From Selaginella moellendorffii (Eukaryota > Plantae > Lycopodiophyta): a DNA stretch of 64,000 nt. The notes beneath the pieces are model-generated. The model searched no databases. It was not told the DNA's origin and worked only from the letters and a program-made list of their open reading frames with translations. Below are positions 57,141 to 64,000 of this stretch, piece by piece (position 1 is the stretch's first letter; the number at the start of each line of letters is the position of its first letter). The DNA lies in assembly GCF_000143415.4 (NCBI RefSeq), contig NW_003314270.1, positions 2,225,048-2,289,047 on the forward strand, written 5' to 3'. Position numbers and translations under genes: made by a program.

Positions 57141-60100
57141 AGACGAAGTTCGATGTCCTCATCGAACGGTAAACCATTTTGTAAAGTAACACTCGTATGT
57201 GTTACCATTTCCATCCTTGGCACCTAGCCAATATTTGTCAATGGTTTGACATTGAAGGCTCACCATGCCTTTTGCATATGCCTCAATGGTTTGACACCAA
57301 AGGCTCACCATGCCTTGCTTATCCTCTAAGGAGGGTAGTCTCCCCAACTTAGAGACTGATTGGACCACAAGGAGTGGTTCTCTCCTTTTATTGGTTTAGT
57401 TCTCGCTAAACCTCTTAGAGACCCTTCTCTAAGTCAATCCCACTACTCCTTCTCGAGTAGTCTCAATTTCCATCGATATAACCTTTGCACTTTGGAACTT
57501 TGAATTTTGACTTCTTGGAGTCAATTTCCTAGGTGTCTCCAACACCTTGCCTTGCACCTTTTGTGCAACTCCACTTCCCATCCTAGGAAGTTCTCTACTC
57601 GAGGGCACCATCATCCTCTCTTCTATTTCGTGCCAAAGTTCCAGTTATCATACTTTGTGTTAGGGCTGTTCATCGCCCTATCATTTGGCTACCTTACCGC
57701 TCCCTCCCTTGGAGCTTCCACTTTTGCCAAATCGGAGCAATTCGGAATCCCTCCTTGGAAACACACTTCCTTTCCCGCAACTTGTTAGCGTCCAACACAT
57801 TAGTGTTCCTCGCCTAACTTTGTCACTTGGATTCCTTCCAAGGGATTCCACGGCCCTATCTTGGCCATTCATCTTTTGCTCCTATCCGTTGATTGTTGCA
57901 CCAAGCAACATCGAATCTCTACCTCCCTCCTTGAGGTATTGTTTCGGTTCCATAGCAAAGACTCTTCTTTGCCAAGTCCGGAGGATGTTCACCCCTAGTA
58001 CGTCTCTTTAGCATCTTCTGCTATGGGCTCTATCCATGGCCCAACTTCGTGACCCTCCCATGGGTCTTTTATAAAGACTACTTTCCTCGGACTCACTATG
58101 CCATCGCACGGACATAGTTTATTTCCCTTAGGTGCTCTTCCCACTTGGTTATCACGACCAAGCCACACCACCTTAAACAGTTCAATTTCAACATTTTGAA
58201 CCAGGAACTTCATTCATTAGCCAACCAAGGACCTTGTCCTTTTCTGGCCATAAGATCACCTAGTGATCTCACCTTGGCACCTTAACAGAGTTGCCAAGAG
58301 GTACTTGGTTTTCTAGACCTCCAAGTTGTTGACTATAACCCCGGGGGCATCCCCCACACTTGGCGGTGCACCCAAGCTAGCCCTTACGGCCAAGGGTTCA
58401 TAGCAACTGAGATTAGGTGTCCCCATCTCACTCACCACGACCTTGGTGCCACTTGCACCAAAGTGTTCAAGTTAGATATGCTGAGCTTTCACACTAAGCA
58501 ATCTAACCGTGCATCACGACTCCGAGGCATCCCTCGCTTGGCGGTGTGCCCAAACCAGTCTCCCCACTGAGAGTCCATGACCACCGAAATATGAGTGTCC
58601 TCATATTCCAAACCATCACCACGCCCTAGTGATTTGGGACTCGAACCCAAGCACTAGAGGGTCGGGACTCGAACCCAACCTCCGTATATGCATCTACGGA
58701 CGGCATCACACTAGATGCCTGGCGTGACTCCCCACGCCGGTGCACCAACCTATTTTTAAAGCGCGCTACAGATCACAGCTTAGGAACCTAGTTCCTCCAC
58801 ACTGCCAAGTCCTCTCACTTGACATGTCTGTGATCATGCATGGACTCCTCCATGCTCGGCCCCATGGCCCACCCATTTTGAAGTTATCACCTTCAACTAG
58901 GGTCTTTGTTCCCCCGACGTGCCAATCTCACTTGGCAAGTCCTCCGACCATTGTAACATGGTTCCTGCATAAGCGTGAAAGTCCTTGACCATCGACTTTC
59001 GTTCAAAGCCCTCTCTTTGAACACTCGGGAACTACTTCCCTAACCTTGATAACCTTGCCTCATGGCAAGCTTCAAGACCACGCTTCTGCTGCGCCACTCT
59101 GATTTCGCGCGTTCCATGAACCATTTACACTTGGCGTTTCTAGGTACTACGTTACCTAGAATCGTCTTTGGGAACCTTGAAGGAACTCTGTCCCTCAGCT
59201 TGCTAAGGCCTCCCCTTTCGCAAGCTTTATAGTTGCCATATAGTCTAACATGGACCATTCCATATTTTAGACTCTCCATGGCATCACGGTTGCTAGCGGC
59301 AACACCCTCGAGCCCCCACTTGATTCTCCACTCCCAGCTGGCATAACCAACCTTGGTTATGCCCTTTGATTCCTACAGTTTGGTTCTATCCCCTTACTTC
59401 TTGCTTTTTGGCTTCACACCTTTCCTTTGGTCATTCTCCTCCAGACCAGGAGGATAGCTTTGCACTTTCTATCATGCTTTAGCAAGTATTCTTAGGGATG
59501 AACCTACCCAATAGCCTAGGGAGTGGTTCCTCAATCCGGGTATGCTCACCTTATAATCCCACACACTGGGATTACATTGTTGCTTATGGGCCTTTACATG
59601 CCCATCACTAGCCTTGCCAAAATTCCATTTTTGGCTTTGTCCAACTTGGGTAGACAGTCCTCTCCTGTCTCCGCAACCTTGAACATTTGGATAGCACTTT
59701 CTATCCATCATTCGCTAGGGACTTAGTCCCTTGGGCTTTATCCATTGCCCTCGTGACATCAAACACCACCTTCTGGTGTTCTAGAGTGTTTGGGTGTCCC
59801 AATGATGGCTTTCTTGACAATGAGTATTTCCTTTTATGACATTGACTTACTATATCGCAACACAAGCACCTTATCCCCCGTAAGGGTATATCCAACTTCC
59901 TTATGCTATTAAGAAGTCTTGGGTAGCTACCTTCTACCCGTTTAACCAGTTATTTTGCACCTCTTGCTTAGTTGCCTCATAGTTGTCAAGTCCTACAACT
60001 CATTGCTTGGTGCTTTCACACCTCCATCATTATCTGGGTCACCACACTCCAACTGCATGCTCTGCAGCTTAGGCTATGCTATTCCCATTTCCATTGGGAT

Positions 60101-61215
60101 TCCTTTGGCAAGGGGTTCTCATGAACCCACCAACATAGCCTCAAGGTATCACACCTTAGCACATTTGGTGTCTCCACACCATCGGCTCCACGAGCCTACC
60201 TCTATGACATTTCCCCTTCGTGTCTAAGTCTTTGCCAAGACCAACACCGCTCTTTCTCATGCCAACCATCCGTTAGCACTGCACCATAGAGGTCACACAC
60301 AACTTTATGTCAAAGTTGTTTTCTTCTGGGAACACCTTTCCCATAACTTTAGCATGGCATATTTTGCCATCGATGAGATACCCTCTGTTCTCATCCTTGG
60401 ATCCTATAATCCCCCCCCATCCTTTGTGGGGTATAACACACCTCAGTCCAAATGCTTCCATCAGTCCTTTTAGGACCATCTGTTGACTCTACTTGAGTCA
60501 TCCAGCAGTTTTGGACTTGGTTAATCCATAGACCCGTAAGGTCCTACTTGTGAGGCACTAGCTCACTGGAATACACTTCTTGCATTCCTGTCCTACTCAA
60601 AAGGACTATTTTCACAAGTGTTATTCCGACACTTGATTTTGTTCTCTGGGGGCAACCTTTGCCCCTTAGGATTACTTGTCCATGTGATGAGAACACCAAC
60701 TCATCCACTTAATACACCCCCAACACCTGGGGTTGTTCCAGCATTTATTAGAGGTAGCCCCGGCTACCTTTTCAAGGACTTGAGTCCTCTTCCGTATTTG
60801 ACCTCCCACGGTCATTACTTCTGGTCTCACATTCATGAGCACCAACCTTAACTATATGAGGAAAATCTTGTGACTCCTTTATTGCTTTGGAGTCTTTATC
60901 TTTCCCGTGATCCCAACTGTAGTTGTTTACCACAACTACACTAGCCAGTTTGCTAAGTCAAACGCTCATCTGGATCACATCCCCAACTCTTTGAGGAAAA
61001 CCATATATTGTTCCCAAGATCCGAAAGTCGTTCCCTTATTGGCCCCCTTTTTTTTTTATCCACCACATCACGCCCAAGTTCATGCATGAACTCGAGTGGA
61101 GAGCCATGTCCTCTCGACGTGCTACTCCTCAAGGATAGGACCACTCCTAGGACCTTCCGATGCCAATATCAATGGTGATATACTTGAGCGCCAATAAAAG
61201 TCGGACTAAGGAACA

Positions 61216-61227
61216 GCTCCGATACCA
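61216..61227 (-). promoter_or_regulatory. Primer-binding site complementary to tRNA-iMet
   Basis: TGGTATCGGAGC on the minus strand, 3 nt from the 5' LTR (canonical TGGTATCAGAGC). Confidence 0.88.
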
Positions 61228-61230
61228 AAT

Positions 61231-63139
61231 TGTAAGCGACTAAATTTTCCATTCTACTTTAGTCACTTAACCACACCTCCGACCACTTGGAGGAGTCTCA
61301 TTCACAACCTCCATAAGTCCAATCCAGGACTTGGGACTTGCTAGCCCCGAGAATGGCATCCATGCCACTCAACATTTGCACTTGGTCCAAGTGCTCCACG
61401 TGTCCGATCCCATGACCGACACTCAAAGGTACCACCGACATAGCAGCCTGTTACGCTAAGGCCATGCCCAATCACCTTTGCCACACTGGTAGTCCAATAC
61501 CACTTGCATCACAGTCTTGGCTCCCCAAGACTAGGCAAACCATCCGTGAGTGGTCATCTCAGATCCACTCCTTAGCATCCTTAGGATGCCCACCGACAAG
61601 GGGAATAGCCTTCCCCAATATCCCTTTGTCAGTCCCCACTAAGTCCCTTTCTGCCCCTGGCCGTGTTTGCCAACACTGCCACTGGACCGAGACCCACAGG
61701 CCCGACCACTAAGTCCCACGGTCCTCTGGGACTTCCTCACCACACGACTGTGTCCTTGGTCACTACCCCAGAGGACTGCTCCTCTTCCTTTCCACAGTCT
61801 GGGCCTTTGGGACAACATTTCGGAACACTGTGGCCTTATGCGAGCCACCTAGGTACTCTCCTCGCCTTCTGCCCTTGGGTGCTCTAGCCATGAGCTTAGA
61901 GCGGGTTCCGTTGAGCCACACCCGGTATCCAAGTAGGTAGTGCCACCCACACTTGGACTGGGAGCATCGGCCAGTCGATCTCCCGGGGGAACTAGAGCCG
62001 GCTCTTGAACACATCACCAAGCTACCCCGCTTGTCGGTCTGTGTTCACTCTAGTCTTGGACTTCCCAGTGGGCAGCTCATCACCCAACACTGGGTCTGGC
62101 CTTCCTGGGCCAAACTGGCCTTTCCTGGCCAAACTGGCTCCACTGCAGTCCTCCCCCTACTATACTTTTGGGGCTCACCAAACCCCCCAGGGTCTGGGAG
62201 ATGAACGCTTTGGGCTTTCACCCTCTCAGGCTCCGGACTCGGACTCGGACTCGGACTCGGACTCGGACTCGGACTCGGACTCGGACTCGGATTCGGACTC
62301 GGACTCGGGCTCGGGCTCGGTCTCGGCCTCGGGCTCGGTCTCGGTCTCGGTCCCGGTCTCGGTCTCCGTCTCGGTCTCGGTCCCGGTCTCGGTCCCGGTC
62401 TCGGTCTCGGTCTCGGTCTCGACTTCGGACTCCATCTCGGACTCCATCTCGGACTCCATCTCGGACTCCATCTCGGGTCCATCTCGGGTCCATCTCGGAC
62501 TCCATCTCGGACTCCATCTCGGGTCCATCTCGGACTCCATCTCGGACTCCATTTCGGGTCCATCTCGGGTCCACCTTGGACTCCATCTCGGACTCCATCT
62601 CGGACTCCATCTCGGGTCCATCTCGGACTCCACTTCGGACTCCAACTCGGGTCCATCTCGGGTCCACCTCGGACTCCATCTCGGACTCCATCTCGGACTC
62701 CATCTCGGACTCCATCTCGGACTCCACTTCGGACTCCAACTCGGGTCCATCTCGGGTCCACCTCGGACTCCACTTCGGACTCCAACTCGGGTCCATCTCG
62801 GACTCCACTTCGGACTCCCACTCGAGTCCATCTCGGACTCCACTTCGGACTCCAACTCGAGTCCATCTCGGACTCCACTTCGGACTCCAACTCGAGTCCA
62901 TTTCGGACACTCCCACGTGTCATGTGTTGGTCCTTTTGGGTCCCTTTTTGGAGCCTCGCCTTTTGCTCGCTTCGTGCTCGTTCCTCGAGCACTTCGTTGG
63001 GAGTTCCACTCCCGCTCTTGACTTTTCAAGTCGGAGCTTTTGGTCCAAACGTGTTACGCTCGTTTGGCTCTCGCTTCGGCCACTACCATGTGGTGCCCTT
63101 CCGGCTCCACTTTGGGGCCTAGGGATTTTGTGTCTCACA
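61231..63139 (-). repeat. 5' LTR (1909 bp), with tandem array at ~62232-62908
   Basis: Direct repeat of 55246-57126. Confidence 0.95.
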
Positions 63140-63153
63140 ACTTGGCCCTCACA

Positions 63154-63167
63154 TCATCCCCCCTAAT
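63154..63167 (-). promoter_or_regulatory. Polypurine tract of the host Ty3/gypsy element
   Basis: ATTAGGGGGGATGA immediately before TGTGAG on the minus strand. Confidence 0.8.
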
Positions 63168-63254
63168 GGAAGACCATCAGGGTTCTCTTGTAGACGGGTC
63201 GGGATCTGGAGGAACATCAGGAGGAGGCATCGGCGGATTTGTAGATGGTATTAA

Positions 63255-64000
63255 CTACTCCTGATCCCTTTGTATGAAGCGTTTCAACCGTTGCACATGC
63301 ACAATCTCTGGAGGATCGGCCTGCTGGACGTCATGCCGAACCTTATAAACTTGTGGTCCAACTTGCCGCAACACCCAATACGGTCCTTTCCACTGTGCAA
63401 GGAGCCCCTTAGACAAACCACGTACCGTAAGATGGGGAAAACGGACTAATACCAAATCATCCACTTTGTACTCCGCAGGTGGACGATGATGGGAGTTGTA
63501 GCACCGTTGTTGTCCCACTTGTACGCGGCCTAAGTGTTCGGCAGACTCCGCTCGGACAAGTGGAAGAATGCTTGTCAAATATTGATCCCATGACCTAGCA
63601 TCTGCAACTCGTGGCAATTGCGAAGGTAAACCCAGCTCCATTGGTAATATTGGATCATGACCATATAGGAGTTTATATGGTGAAGCACCAATAGAACTCT
63701 GCACCCCAGTGACATATGCATACCGAAGAGACGACAAATAACCATCCCAATCCGAATGCTGAAAGTTCACATACTTCGCAATCATCCCCTTGAACGTCTG
63801 AACGAGTTGTTCCACCAGACCGTTTGATTGTGGATGATAAGCACTCGTGAAAGTGTGGCGAATCCCCAACCGAGACATCAAAACATGAAACGCCTCAGCC
63901 ATAAAAGCGGGACCATTATCCGAAAGAATCCGCTCTGGACAAGAATGCTGGAACACCACTCGATTGAGGAGGAAGTATCCAACAGCAGTTGCAGAGGCAC
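63255..64000 (-). mobile_element. Ty3/gypsy integrase C-terminal part (host element continues beyond the window)
   Basis: PERILSDNGPAF, YHPQSNGLVE, SPYKLLYG, WKGPY (GPY/F motif), VHVQRLK; no chromodomain before the stop. Confidence 0.92.

Larger units (their letters stand above)
55246..63139 (-). mobile_element. Complete non-autonomous LTR retroelement (LARD-like), ~7.9 kb
   Basis: Near-identical LTRs 55246-57126 and 61231-63139 (TG...CA), 5-bp TSD ACTTG at 55241-55245 and 63140-63144, PBS and PPT in place, internal 4.1 kb without a recognisable intact gag/pol ORF. Confidence 0.93.

Noticed and set aside
56020-57189. Long ORFs with SD/RT/ESEM/WSPR repeats in both LTRs (also 62005-63166)
   Set aside because: Stop-free translations of the tandem array in all frames; frames differ between the two LTR copies, so there is no sign of coding constraint
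58626-58682. tRNA gene
   Set aside because: Only T-arm-like hairpins; no D-arm or anticodon arm visible

Overview
Gene-dense land-plant nuclear DNA with very short introns (mostly ~50-60 bp) and intergenic gaps as small as 36-110 bp. This architecture suggests a lycophyte such as Selaginella, which is an inference, not a database result. About 21 protein-coding genes are readable: a long low-complexity GRGRG-motif protein running off the left edge, peroxisomal enoyl-CoA hydratase, an LBD factor, GH27 glycosidase, a divergent G-beta, PLAC8, FAX3-like, a CYP72-clan P450, SUV3 helicase, two P-class PPRs, SYP81, a GT31 galactosyltransferase, Pescadillo, an M1 aminopeptidase, SEP2-like, a PIN-like ORF, two small paralogous ORFs, MA3/MRF and a group IId WRKY. 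The right end holds a complete, young LTR retroelement with no intact ORF (55246-63139; ACTTG TSD, tRNA-iMet PBS, PPT), nested in the short 3' LTR of a Ty3/gypsy element. Most notable: (1) an intronless VapC/PIN-like nuclease candidate at 42715-43599; (2) repeated scrambled, deletion-riddled and partly inverted 'shadow' copies beside functional genes; (3) two tandem tRNA T-arm hairpins inside the LTR element; (4) a P450 lacking the canonical I-helix acid-alcohol pair. Exon boundaries were read by eye and are approximate.
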